DNA from: a virus
Taxonomy: Duplodnaviria > Caudoviricetes
Length of the DNA stretch: 28,697 bases
Virus record (IMG/VR): IMGVR_UViG_3300012286_000370
Span: 1-28,697 of that record
Reading direction: 5' to 3' (one strand)
A program made the position numbers and the translations under genes. How positions within the stretch are numbered: the stretch's first letter is position 1; every line of letters begins with the position of its first letter. The notes under the pieces were generated by a model that worked only from the letters and a program-made list of their open reading frames with translations, was not told where the DNA came from and did no database searches. This document shows, in pieces, positions 11,101 through 19,745 of this stretch.

Positions 11101-13556
11101 CAAGTCTTGCTTCGGGTGTTGTTATTAAACAAACACTTTTAGAAAGAAATAAATACCCCCAACCACAAGTATCTCAAGAAACTGTTACTTATACTGGTTC
11201 AATAGAATCCACTCAATTATGGGATCCTATTACCCAACAAAAGTATATTTCACATTCTTTAATTGAAACCTTTGATGGTGGGGCTGGAGGTGTATTTAAT
11301 ACTTTTAATACTCTAACTAATACTTCCCAAAGTTGGTATGAAACTATACCCACCCCTTCAGGATCAGTAACTGTACTACATAATAGTCAAGATGAATTTT
11401 ATGATGGAGAGTTTAGTGGTTCTGCTTTAGTAGTAACTACTCAAAGTTTAGCTCAATCTTTACCTTTAGATATTTCTTCTTTAACATATAATGTAACCAA
11501 TTCAATCTCAACAACACCAACAATTGGGGAAATAACTTGGGTAGGAACAACATATATTTCTTCATCATATGTTTATAGATTATATATTAATGAAAATAGT
11601 TTAGAAGGAGTAAATATTTCAACAGCCCTATCAAATTTAGAAAGTGGAAATACTATAACGTTTAATGTAAGTGCTTCTGTAATTGAAGGTCCTTTTTCTC
11701 CTTATGCTTTTGAATCTACTGTAAAAGGAATCATAACTTCTATAGTTTCAACCGCTCCTTCAATTTGGAGAATTAATTTATCCACAGATCCTAATTCTTT
11801 AGCTACCTATTACACTCTTCAATATCCTGATAGTTTTACATATACACCGGGACTTTACCCAAGTTCTTCAACATATTTAAATCCGTTTATAAACGATGTT
11901 TCTAATTTTTACAACAGTGATTATAACCCATTAATTAATAATACTGAAGGTGATAGATTAAGTACCAAATTCCAAGATATCGATTATTCAACAGGTATTT
12001 ACACTCCAACGAATTTTAATCTTTTAATTAGTGGAAGTGCTTTAAAAGCAGCTGTTCAAGATTCAAATTATACTTCAAAACGTGTAACTTTACCACGATA
12101 TGAAGGTTCAAAATCAACTTCACAAAATTTAAATTATTGGACTCCTGGAGATGCAGGAACATATGGTAAACTTCCAACTGTAGAAAGTTTAAAAACTATG
12201 GTTGCTTATTGTGACGATATTGGGGGGTGGCCACCTGAAAGAGAAAATGCATCTGCTGCATTTGTAAAATATTTAATTAAATCGGATGGTACAATTATTA
12301 TCCCTAATACAACTCCAAATTCATTAGCCGATAATCAAGAAACATTTGAATCCGGAGAAAACGTATTGGTTCAATATGCCGGAACAGGTAATCAAGCAAC
12401 TCCAATTAGAAAAATAATTCGTGGTGGTACTCGTATTGAACCTATTTTATATACTCAATATGGTCAAGCTCCTGGTTCTACTTGGAATACTACTATGAGT
12501 TTTGAGAATATTGTTCCTGCTTCTGTAGTAGCAACAGGAAATTATGCTGCTTCATTTAATAGAACTTCTTTACAACAAATATCATCTTTTAATACTCCAA
12601 CAAAAATCCTCTTTAACTCAGCAACGTATGGATCATCATACTTTGCAAGTAATGGATATCAGGTACCATTGGGAGCTGTTCAAGATGGAGTTGACTTAAT
12701 ATTTAATCCTATTATTCAATTTCAATGTGAAAAAGATCTAAATAGTTCTTCTCAAATTTTATCTAATAATTTTATATTTAATGTAACCCTTAAATTATAT
12801 AAGGGAACCCAACTTATAAGTACATCAAATACTCTTAATCCTACCATCCTATCAGATGAAGAGTTAGTAGAAGGAACTATAGCATTTACCTCACCAATAA
12901 CAATCCCAGCTGCTAATTTAAATAATGGAAATCAATACTTTATTTATATAGAATGGAATAGTAATTATCCCTCCAATTCTTTATTTTATGTTTTTCCAAG
13001 CACATTTACTATAAACCAATACCCAATCTTTTTCACCCCAGTAACATCTTCAGGAGTTAATTCAATTTGGGGATGGCCTAATAAAACTACATACCCATAT
13101 GTAATTACATCTTCACAAACCACTCTAGTTAATTTGTATGGAGACCCTGGAGTAAAAATGTCAGATATTACAGGTTCAGGCTTTAATTCAGTAATATTGC
13201 CTTGGTCAATTAAATATGGAGATGAATTTAAATTTGAAGGAAATGAGTCTTATGTTTATCAAGTAGGAAAAATATTTGCTCCTGCTGATAGTGGTTCAGG
13301 ACGTATTACACAAACCGGTTCAATTGAAGTTCATTTTAATACCAATTTACCAGTCTCAGCATCTTCTTCAGTTTTTAACTTAGATCATTTTGCAATTAGA
13401 AGATATGTTGATGAAGCTTCTCAAATTTTAATTGAAGGATTTAAACCTGTAGGTTCAAGTGGTCCATATATTCTAAAACCAGAATATGTAACTCCTGAAT
13501 TGAATAAAGGGGTTGATGAATTTATATTAATTCTAACCGAAAAAGGCTTGATTTAG
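8112..13556 (+). CDS. large baseplate wedge protein (gp7-like) with LamG/concanavalin-like domain
   Basis: 1814 aa. LLKAKGTLPALRTLITSYG resembles the gp7/P2 gpI KGT motif. EGWWSVMATR...FQEIRYYNTALSE is LamG-like. S/T/N-rich. Confidence 0.6.
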   Translation: MAAEIVQIDTQNFTSQTYGGQDTNLISTFEVNTSLSSSSYIEYFVYDNNQNILSTDYNFTQYIVLADGQSAGSNNTISQIIIDPEKSLINSGFDQGEYVTYFNFFNKQIGSELQQLYIVEISSDRTEIRLDSTSLTNLDIVEQANSLIQQREDSPYFLDFYLNFGDNQLAIANNIQLDSQDPTNPTILIKLYEALPEEFDVNSTLWVVTLVEEPIAYQIIFPLEPIEILDTVNLKGPNFNLELKDQINNSTVSLDYTALTTTSLTSSYNQLSSLLEEKEIDINIDYTDFNEFVHFSSVEARLENFYYKMSLLEDYSSSIAVLNTTTNNDPSASLAVYESLINNVITNFDGYEYYLYYNSGSWAWPKTTSQPPYQLATTGSALVTNWYTNISLSASNFDNTNQNNLYYSIPEYLRNDSLNAPYQMFVEMMGQFYDNIWIYYKDVTQKYNADNRLEYGVSKDIVADAIRDFGIKLYQNNFSNDDLYTAFLGLTPEGGLFPFPNITGSLPTPSGFEYINTLISASNDYMPLDDVNKSLYKRIYHNLPYLLKAKGTLPALRTLITSYGIPDTVLRINEFGGKDKSNSNDWDDWQNVFNYAYYNTGSNLLSTNWILNSNWNSPNNVPSTLEFRFKVPSLSTISGSSGINLWNTNTNARIRLRYTGSGLTTGSYSGSIIDPYYQYATLDFSPDFSGNPSLSASVYLPFVNEGWWSVMATRRGTNFTLYVGNNVYEGGENGTQLGFYATSSTTVSSTAWTSGNASRFTQFGGEMYFQEIRYYNTALSESIFKDYIMNPSSTEGNSINSSPNQLAFRLPLGGELYTGSLSVHPKITGSWATTSSFTTNSSASFTFTPTFVPNTEYFFLDQPVVGIKNAVSDKIRIENSVIPSGDTLSPFRSLAQNTAASQSYTVNTNLLEVAFAPQDEINDDIISQIGFFNIGEYIGDPRQRSSSATSYPDLDALRDAYFQKYTSNYDLNDYIRLIKYFDNSLFKMIKDFVPARTSLASGVVIKQTLLERNKYPQPQVSQETVTYTGSIESTQLWDPITQQKYISHSLIETFDGGAGGVFNTFNTLTNTSQSWYETIPTPSGSVTVLHNSQDEFYDGEFSGSALVVTTQSLAQSLPLDISSLTYNVTNSISTTPTIGEITWVGTTYISSSYVYRLYINENSLEGVNISTALSNLESGNTITFNVSASVIEGPFSPYAFESTVKGIITSIVSTAPSIWRINLSTDPNSLATYYTLQYPDSFTYTPGLYPSSSTYLNPFINDVSNFYNSDYNPLINNTEGDRLSTKFQDIDYSTGIYTPTNFNLLISGSALKAAVQDSNYTSKRVTLPRYEGSKSTSQNLNYWTPGDAGTYGKLPTVESLKTMVAYCDDIGGWPPERENASAAFVKYLIKSDGTIIIPNTTPNSLADNQETFESGENVLVQYAGTGNQATPIRKIIRGGTRIEPILYTQYGQAPGSTWNTTMSFENIVPASVVATGNYAASFNRTSLQQISSFNTPTKILFNSATYGSSYFASNGYQVPLGAVQDGVDLIFNPIIQFQCEKDLNSSSQILSNNFIFNVTLKLYKGTQLISTSNTLNPTILSDEELVEGTIAFTSPITIPAANLNNGNQYFIYIEWNSNYPSNSLFYVFPSTFTINQYPIFFTPVTSSGVNSIWGWPNKTTYPYVITSSQTTLVNLYGDPGVKMSDITGSGFNSVILPWSIKYGDEFKFEGNESYVYQVGKIFAPADSGSGRITQTGSIEVHFNTNLPVSASSSVFNLDHFAIRRYVDEASQILIEGFKPVGSSGPYILKPEYVTPELNKGVDEFILILTEKGLI

Positions 13557-13558
13557 CA

Positions 13559-13567
13559 ATATTTATT
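13559..13567 (+). promoter_or_regulatory. putative late promoter ATATTTATT
   Basis: Intergenic one-mismatch variant, upstream of ATG 13597. Confidence 0.5.
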
Positions 13568-13596
13568 ACATATAATACGATAATAATTAAACACAA

Positions 13597-14265
13597 ATGG
13601 GATATTTAAATAACCAAGTCGTAACAGTAGATGCGATTTTAACAAATAAAGGTAGAGAACTTTTAGCAAAAAATGATGGTTCATTCCGTATCACACAATT
13701 TGCTTTAGCAGATGATGAAATTGATTATACACTTTATAATCCAACTCACCCATCTGGATCTTCATTTTATGGTGAAGCAATCCAAAATATGCCTTTACTT
13801 GAAGCGTTTCCAATTGAAACTCAAATCATGAAATATAAATTAGCTACTCTACCTCGTGGAACAGCTAAACTCCCAGTTCTTGATTTAGGTTACTCTGCAA
13901 TTACATTAGTACAAGGAGCTTCACTTGCAGTTACCCCTCAAACATTAAACTACTTAGGTAATAACCAAACATTTGAAACTAGCGGCTACTCAGCTACAAT
14001 TTCAGATGTTCGCCTATTTAGTACATTTACAGGAATTGGAATTAATACTCCGGCAGCAACTGCAGCTAATGCAGCAGTTACCTCAACCACAACACTTGGA
14101 ACAAATGTATCTACTACAGTAATTGGTTCTCAAATTAACTTGAGAGCAACTACAGTAAATACATTGTTTGGAAATAATACTCAATTATCTGCTACATTAA
14201 CAGTTGTAGGTTTAGATAGTGGAGCTCGTTTAACAATCCCAGTTACAATTAATAAAACTAATTAA
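13597..14265 (+). CDS. baseplate/tail-fibre attachment structural protein
   Basis: AILTNKGRELLAK...ITQFALADDEIDY resembles the N-terminus of tail-collar/fibre-attachment (P2 gpH N-terminal-like) domains. Confidence 0.55.
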   Translation: MGYLNNQVVTVDAILTNKGRELLAKNDGSFRITQFALADDEIDYTLYNPTHPSGSSFYGEAIQNMPLLEAFPIETQIMKYKLATLPRGTAKLPVLDLGYSAITLVQGASLAVTPQTLNYLGNNQTFETSGYSATISDVRLFSTFTGIGINTPAATAANAAVTSTTTLGTNVSTTVIGSQINLRATTVNTLFGNNTQLSATLTVVGLDSGARLTIPVTINKTN

Positions 14266-14275
14266 AATATAAACA

Positions 14276-15289
14276 ATGGCGTTTAAAAGATTTGATCCTG
14301 AAGATTTTGTAGTAAGTAGTGACTCAATCACTTCTCCCCTTTGGTCAACCGGAGCTCCTACTCTAACAGAATTTTACACTTCTTCAGTTCAAGCAGCTGG
14401 ATCATCTGGTAATTACTATTTAAGTGTGTATCAAACTTCTTCTTTGTTATCAACAGCACAAGTACAATTTGATATTACATATGCTGATAGTTTAGGAAGT
14501 GGTAGTGTATTGTATAATCCAATTGTACCTCAAAATTCATATACTAAAACAATTTACGGTCAATACCGTTCATTGATTTTAGAAGATGAAAATGCTAATT
14601 TTGTTTTTGGAATAGGAAATAATATAGTAACAGGATCCAATTTCTGGGTTATTTCAATTGAACGCGCTAATTACAAACAATCATTATTCCCTGGTTCATT
14701 AAACCTAAAACTTTCCGGTTCAGGTGGTATTATTAATTTAACAGATAATTCACTTGATACTACAGTAAATACATTTATTGGTGCTTCCCAAGTTTACCAA
14801 TTAATTTCGGGTTCAAATGGTACAGCAGGAAATTTATCTGGTAGTGGATATGTTGCTAATTCAGGATCATATGGTTTAGTATTTCCCCAATTAGGAACTA
14901 TTATTTTAAATCCTGCTGCTCTTTCCCAATCAATTACTTTATCCCCATCTCGCTCAAATAATTCAGATGGTCTTAATAACCAACGATTATTTAATTCAAT
15001 TGTATTAGGTGATTCATTTACTTTAAATTCCCAAGAAACAATTACCTCAGATTATGTATTTGTTAGAGCTCGTAACTCAGAATTTAATTATTCAGAAAAC
15101 CCATCATTTATTTCAGGCTCAACAGGAGAAGTAATTTATAGTAACTTTATTAATGCCCCTCAAGTTTATATTACAACTGTAGGAATGTATAATGATAGTA
15201 ATGACTTATTAGCAGTTGCTAAAATGTCACGTCCATTATTAAAAGATTTTACAAAAGAAGCTCTCGTACGAGTTAAACTAGATTTCTAA
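14276..15289 (+). CDS. baseplate structural protein (paralog of 15296..16249)
   Basis: C-terminal EFNYSENPSF and YITTVGMYNDSNDLLAVAKMSRPL, shared with the next gene. Confidence 0.65.
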   Translation: MAFKRFDPEDFVVSSDSITSPLWSTGAPTLTEFYTSSVQAAGSSGNYYLSVYQTSSLLSTAQVQFDITYADSLGSGSVLYNPIVPQNSYTKTIYGQYRSLILEDENANFVFGIGNNIVTGSNFWVISIERANYKQSLFPGSLNLKLSGSGGIINLTDNSLDTTVNTFIGASQVYQLISGSNGTAGNLSGSGYVANSGSYGLVFPQLGTIILNPAALSQSITLSPSRSNNSDGLNNQRLFNSIVLGDSFTLNSQETITSDYVFVRARNSEFNYSENPSFISGSTGEVIYSNFINAPQVYITTVGMYNDSNDLLAVAKMSRPLLKDFTKEALVRVKLDF

Positions 15290-15295
15290 GAATGA

Positions 15296-16249
15296 ATGAG
15301 CGTATTCAAGTCATTTATAACGTCTGATGTCATTGTATCTCCTTTTGAGGTAAACAAGTCATTTACCTTTAAAGGGAATGAACTTACTGGCTCAAACGTA
15401 GAAATTGATAGATACATTGGTAAAAACGTTACTACAACTCCTTGGGTTTCGGGTTCATATCCAACAGGATATATTACAACCCAAGACCAAGTTTTAGTTT
15501 ATCGTTCAATTAGAGAACTTTATTATTCAAATTATCTTTTAGGGGATGACGGTTCTCCGGCTGCTACTGCCTCATTTAATACTGATGGTACTATAACAGG
15601 AGCCGCTTATACTCCAAACTATTATAACTATTTATCTTCTACTCTTTTAGCAAATAGATATTTTCCGACAGGTTCAAATGATATCATAGGTGTTATTTCT
15701 ATCCCTTCTAATTTATTTGGAGAATATATCAAACCTGGAACTCTAATCCTTTCCAATCCAGACTATATTTTAAATGATGATGGTGAAGGAAATATCATAT
15801 CAGGAAGTTATAAAGTAGGAGATATAATCTATGAACATGGGATGATCATTCTAACGAATGATGGTATTCCAAAACAAGATGGATATGGGTTTGCTACATA
15901 TGGAACTAGTAGTTATGGTGTTGGAGATGTAGGATTTATAAATAGTTTTATCACTAGTTCAAATGTAACTTGTTCGTTTTCATCCTCATTTAATATTTAC
16001 GAAACACAATATAAGTGTACACTTAGAGAAAATGAATTTAATTTCTCTCAAAACCCAACCCTAGTTTCTGGAAGTTCAAATAGTGGAGTTTTATATAGTT
16101 TTGCAACTGGTTCATATTTTTCACCTTATGTTACAACAGTAGGTTTATATGATAACAACTATAACTTGTTAGCAGTAGCAAAACTCGCACAACCACTTCC
16201 AACATCCGCAGTAACCGATACTACAATACTAATAAATTTAGACTTATAA
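15296..16249 (+). CDS. baseplate structural protein (paralog of 14276..15289)
   Basis: C-terminal EFNFSQNPTL and YVTTVGLYDNNYNLLAVAKLAQPL. Confidence 0.65.
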   Translation: MSVFKSFITSDVIVSPFEVNKSFTFKGNELTGSNVEIDRYIGKNVTTTPWVSGSYPTGYITTQDQVLVYRSIRELYYSNYLLGDDGSPAATASFNTDGTITGAAYTPNYYNYLSSTLLANRYFPTGSNDIIGVISIPSNLFGEYIKPGTLILSNPDYILNDDGEGNIISGSYKVGDIIYEHGMIILTNDGIPKQDGYGFATYGTSSYGVGDVGFINSFITSSNVTCSFSSSFNIYETQYKCTLRENEFNFSQNPTLVSGSSNSGVLYSFATGSYFSPYVTTVGLYDNNYNLLAVAKLAQPLPTSAVTDTTILINLDL

Positions 16250-16252
16250 AAC

Positions 16253-16801
16253 ATGGCAACTCTAAATTCTTCAAACATTACCGATGGTAATACAATTGAA
16301 CCAACAGATATTCTCCAACTCTATGATGCATTAACCCCAGGTGGAGGTACAACAGGAGCATATAACGTTACCGTTAGTGGAAGTTTAATTGGAAACGCTT
16401 CTACATCAACATCTGCTTCATTTGCTACTAGTGCTTCCCGTGCAGTATCATCTTCTTTTGCTACTACAGCATCTTATGCTGCTAACAGTGGTACATCAAA
16501 TATAATAACTCAACAACAATATGAAAGACTTAGCGGGGGTGTTTTAGATGGTATTTTTAAATTTATTTGTGGTAGTGCTCAAGCAACCGGGGGTGTAGCA
16601 ACAACAAGTGCATATTCATTATTAAGTGGTAAAACACTTGGCACTAATGTTTTTGTAACAGCCACTATTAACGCAAACTCAGCTACATCAGGAAATATAG
16701 TAGTTGTAAAAGCCCTTTCTGGAGGACAACTTACATTTAATACAGCTGGTGGAACAGGTACTGAAACAGTTTTCTATCAGGCTGTTATCATACAATCATA
16801 A
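16253..16801 (+). CDS. short tail-fibre-like protein
   Basis: S/T/A/G-rich, with 6-residue repeats and a beta-rich C-terminal domain. Last gene of the tail module. Confidence 0.55.
   Translation: MATLNSSNITDGNTIEPTDILQLYDALTPGGGTTGAYNVTVSGSLIGNASTSTSASFATSASRAVSSSFATTASYAANSGTSNIITQQQYERLSGGVLDGIFKFICGSAQATGGVATTSAYSLLSGKTLGTNVFVTATINANSATSGNIVVVKALSGGQLTFNTAGGTGTETVFYQAVIIQS
16409..16480 (+). repeat. four tandem hexapeptide repeats TSASFA/TSASRA/VSSSFA/TTASYA
   Basis: Read directly from the translation, aa 53-76 of 16253..16801. Confidence 0.8.
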
Positions 16802-16811
16802 TTAAAACGTT

Positions 16812-17261
16812 ATGTCAAATTGGTTATATAAAACAGCTCAAATTGAGGATCTTTCTCAATTCCCACCATCTACATATGGTTTCATATATAAGATAACCCA
16901 TTTATCCTCAGGCAAATCCTATATTGGTAAAAAAGTACTTTACCACAATAAAAAAGTAAAGTTAGGTAAAAAAGAACTTGCACTGCACGAAGGTGTAGGT
17001 CGTAAACCATCTTCTAAAATAGTAACATCTGAATCTGATTGGAAAAAATATTGGGGTTCAAATAAAACATTGCTTGAACTTAAGAAAACTGAACCAATAG
17101 AAAACTTTGAACGTGAGATATTGATTTTGTGTTCAAATAAAAAACTTTTAACATATTACGAAACACGAACTTTATTTGTTTATAGAGTATTAGAGACTCC
17201 TGATTTATATTTTAACGACAATATTTTAGGTAAATTTTTCCGAAAAGATTTTGATATCTAA
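16812..17261 (+). CDS. GIY-YIG family endonuclease (stand-alone catalytic domain)
   Basis: GFIYKITHLSSGKSYIGKK, YWGS, FEREIL and YFNDNI motifs. Confidence 0.8.
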   Translation: MSNWLYKTAQIEDLSQFPPSTYGFIYKITHLSSGKSYIGKKVLYHNKKVKLGKKELALHEGVGRKPSSKIVTSESDWKKYWGSNKTLLELKKTEPIENFEREILILCSNKKLLTYYETRTLFVYRVLETPDLYFNDNILGKFFRKDFDI

Positions 17262-17280
17262 AAAAGATATTGTATCTTAA
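17250..17280 (+). promoter_or_regulatory. putative Bacteroidota-type (-33/-7) promoter
   Basis: TTTG (17250-17253), 19-nt spacer, TATCTTAA (17273-17280), resembling TTTG-N19-21-TAnnTTTG. Just upstream of ATG 17285. Confidence 0.4.
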
Positions 17281-17284
17281 GGTT

Positions 17285-18214
17285 ATGGTAAATGAACTGT
17301 TAGTAAATCTAGTTAACGGTGTCTTAGGCACAGGCAAACGTACAGCACGAGGAAATCAAGCATATACTTGTCCATTCTGCCATCACCACAAACCAAAACT
17401 TGAAGTTAATTTTACCGAAAACAAAGACGGTGTTAATCAATGGGCTTGTTGGACTTGTGGTAAGAAAGGTAAAACCATAAGAAGTTTATTTAAACAAGTA
17501 CAAGTAGACGCTAGTTATTTTCATGAATTAAGTAAACTTGTAAAAAACGTTTCTACTGAAGATATAGGAGAAATAAAACAGGCTTTACTTGAGTTACCAA
17601 AGGAATTCAAAACCTTTATCAACAACAAAGATCTTATAGCAAGACATGCTCTTACTTACCTTAAGAAAAGAAATGCTACTAAACAAGATATCCTCAAATA
17701 CAATATAGGCTATTGTGATTCAGGCCAATATGCTAATATGATTGTTATACCCTCATATGATAGCACCGGTAAATTAAATTATTTTACCGCAAGATCATTT
17801 GAGAAAGATCCTTATACCAAGTACCGCAACCCGGAAACGTCTCGCGATATTATACCGTTTGAATTGTTTATCAATTGGGACTTACCTATTATATTATGTG
17901 AGGGACCCTTTGATGCTATGGCAATCAAACGCAACGTAATTCCATTACTTGGGAAAAATATTCAATCTAGTTTGATGAAAAAGCTAGTAGAATCTAAAGT
18001 ACAAAAAATATATATTGCCCTAGATAACGATGCTATTTCAAAAGCCCTTGGTTTTTGTGAACAGCTTTTGGACATTGGAAAAGAAGTCTATTTGGTAGAG
18101 CTTGAAGGTAAAGACCCTAGTGAAATGGGATTTGAAAACTTCACCAAATTGATACAAACCGTTTCTCCTTTAACACAGTATAAACTGATGGAGAAAAAAT
18201 TATTTACTCTATGA
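17285..18214 (+). CDS. DNA primase (DnaG/gp61-like: Zn finger plus TOPRIM)
   Basis: CPFC...CWTC zinc finger, EGPFDAM and ALDND TOPRIM motifs. Likely start is ATG 17285 (MVNELL) rather than TTG 17270. Confidence 0.85.
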   Translation: MVNELLVNLVNGVLGTGKRTARGNQAYTCPFCHHHKPKLEVNFTENKDGVNQWACWTCGKKGKTIRSLFKQVQVDASYFHELSKLVKNVSTEDIGEIKQALLELPKEFKTFINNKDLIARHALTYLKKRNATKQDILKYNIGYCDSGQYANMIVIPSYDSTGKLNYFTARSFEKDPYTKYRNPETSRDIIPFELFINWDLPIILCEGPFDAMAIKRNVIPLLGKNIQSSLMKKLVESKVQKIYIALDNDAISKALGFCEQLLDIGKEVYLVELEGKDPSEMGFENFTKLIQTVSPLTQYKLMEKKLFTL

Positions 18215-18984
18215 AGAAAAGAAACATTAAACAATCCTACAATCGCATTTTAGAGATTTCGGATGATGCAACCCAAATAACCCTCCCCGATTCTCGCTAT
18301 TATCGCCGCAACGGAAAGTACTACCCCTCAGTAACTTATGTTTTAGGTTACTATCCAAAAGGAAAGTTTTTTGAAAACTGGTTAAAACAAGTAGGTTTCT
18401 CTGCTGATTACATTGTTAAAAAAGCTGCTGAAGAAGGTACTCAAGTCCATGAATTGGCTGAAGAATATTTAAATGGTGCAGAATTAAACTTTCTAGATGA
18501 ACGTGGTCGTCCACAATTTAATCCTGATGTTTGGCAAATGTTTTTACGTTTTGTTGAATTCTGGGAAACATATAAACCAACCCTAATCGAAACTGAAGTC
18601 CATTTATTCTCAGATGAACTTAAAATAGCAGGTACTTGTGACTTAATTGTTGAAATTAATGGTGAACTATGGTTATTGGATCTAAAAACATCTAACCAAA
18701 TTCAAACAGTATATGAGCTACAAACCGCAGTTTATGGTCAATGCTATGAAGAATGTTTTGGAAAGAAAATAGACCGTTACGGTATCTTATGGTTAAAATC
18801 ATCTAAACGAGGTGCTAAAAAAGATAAAATGCAAGGTAAAGGTTGGGAGGTAGTTGAATCATCTCGCACATTTGAGGAAAACATCGATATCTTCAAAACA
18901 GTAAAACGCCTATTTGATCTAGAAAATCCAACCCACTCCCCAGTATTTACTGAATTTAGAACAACAGCTAAACGAGAGCTGTAA
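18211..18984 (+). CDS. PD-(D/E)XK exonuclease (RecB/Cas4-like phage exonuclease)
   Basis: YPSVTYVL, GTQVH, AGTCDLI...LLDLKTS and LQTAVY motifs. Confidence 0.8.
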   Translation: MKKRNIKQSYNRILEISDDATQITLPDSRYYRRNGKYYPSVTYVLGYYPKGKFFENWLKQVGFSADYIVKKAAEEGTQVHELAEEYLNGAELNFLDERGRPQFNPDVWQMFLRFVEFWETYKPTLIETEVHLFSDELKIAGTCDLIVEINGELWLLDLKTSNQIQTVYELQTAVYGQCYEECFGKKIDRYGILWLKSSKRGAKKDKMQGKGWEVVESSRTFEENIDIFKTVKRLFDLENPTHSPVFTEFRTTAKREL

Positions 18985-18995
18985 TACGTATAAGT

Positions 18996-19745
18996 ATGAT
19001 AAGCTTGGTTCAATTGTTAAAGGAGGTTAAATCCCAACCTAAAGCCATTTTGATGGCAGGTCCTGCAGGTGCAGGTAAATCCTATACACTTAATCAATTA
19101 GGTCTTCAAGGTTTTACTACAATTAATGTAGATGATGATTTTGAAGAACTTTTACAAAAAGAACTAGGCAAATCAGACTTTGGCTCAATGTCTCCTGAAG
19201 AACTTTCTGTCGCTGCTAAGATGATGGGTAAAGCTAGAGCTACAACTCGAGAAAAAGAGATGTTAGCTACAACCAATCTTAATAATATTGTTGTTGATGG
19301 AACTGGCGCTTCATATAAAGTAATCGCAAATAAAAAGAAAGAACTTGAAAACATGGGATACGATGTTTTTATGGTTCTTATTTATGTTTCACCGATGACT
19401 TCATTGACTCGTAACGCTCAACGTGGTAGAAGTTTACCTACAAGTGCAGTATTGAAAAGCTGGGCTGGTGTAGTTAATAATATTGATCCTTATAGACAAT
19501 TATTTGGAAATAATATAGTTGTAATAAACAATGACCCTTCAGACGCTAATAAAGCGTTTGATTCGGGAGCAGTTCAAAAAATGTTTCCTCAACCAAAAGG
19601 AAGAGAAAAATCTCCTGAGGAACTAGCAAAGTCAAAAGCAGAAAAAGAAGCCGTTAATCAACAAATACAAGCTTTACTCCAAAAAGAACCTGAATTTGAT
19701 TCAATGGAGACAGCAAAAAGTAAAATAAATGAATTCACTCGTTAA
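18996..19745 (+). CDS. P-loop kinase (Zeta-toxin/AAA_33/polynucleotide kinase-like)
   Basis: Walker A GPAGAGKS, INVDD, IVVDGTG and RNAQRGR lid. Short leader MISLVQLLKE. Confidence 0.8.
   Translation: MISLVQLLKEVKSQPKAILMAGPAGAGKSYTLNQLGLQGFTTINVDDDFEELLQKELGKSDFGSMSPEELSVAAKMMGKARATTREKEMLATTNLNNIVVDGTGASYKVIANKKKELENMGYDVFMVLIYVSPMTSLTRNAQRGRSLPTSAVLKSWAGVVNNIDPYRQLFGNNIVVINNDPSDANKAFDSGAVQKMFPQPKGREKSPEELAKSKAEKEAVNQQIQALLQKEPEFDSMETAKSKINEFTR

Noticed and set aside
9171-12948. Internal TATTTATA copies at 9171 and 12941, and reading the motif as antisense T4 TATAAATA promoters
   Set aside because: The internal copies lack the leading A and are expected by chance in AT-rich coding DNA. There are no credible minus-strand genes for antisense promoters to drive.
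1632-16801. Bacterial contractile injection system (eCIS/T6SS/tailocin)
   Set aside because: Interspersed primase, exonuclease and late sigma factor, and the absence of bacterial housekeeping genes, indicate a phage genome.
16812-17261. Mobile intron or homing-endonuclease insertion
   Set aside because: The ORF is free-standing with very short flanks, interrupts no gene and lacks a C-terminal DNA-binding extension. No intron structure was seen.
18211-18984. Cas4-like nuclease as a sign of a CRISPR-Cas system
   Set aside because: No repeat-spacer array or other cas genes were seen. Stand-alone exonucleases of this type next to primase are common in phages.
18996-19745. Zeta toxin as a toxin-antitoxin module
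   Set aside because: No epsilon-like antitoxin gene is adjacent, and the context fits a phage kinase with a cargo-type leader.
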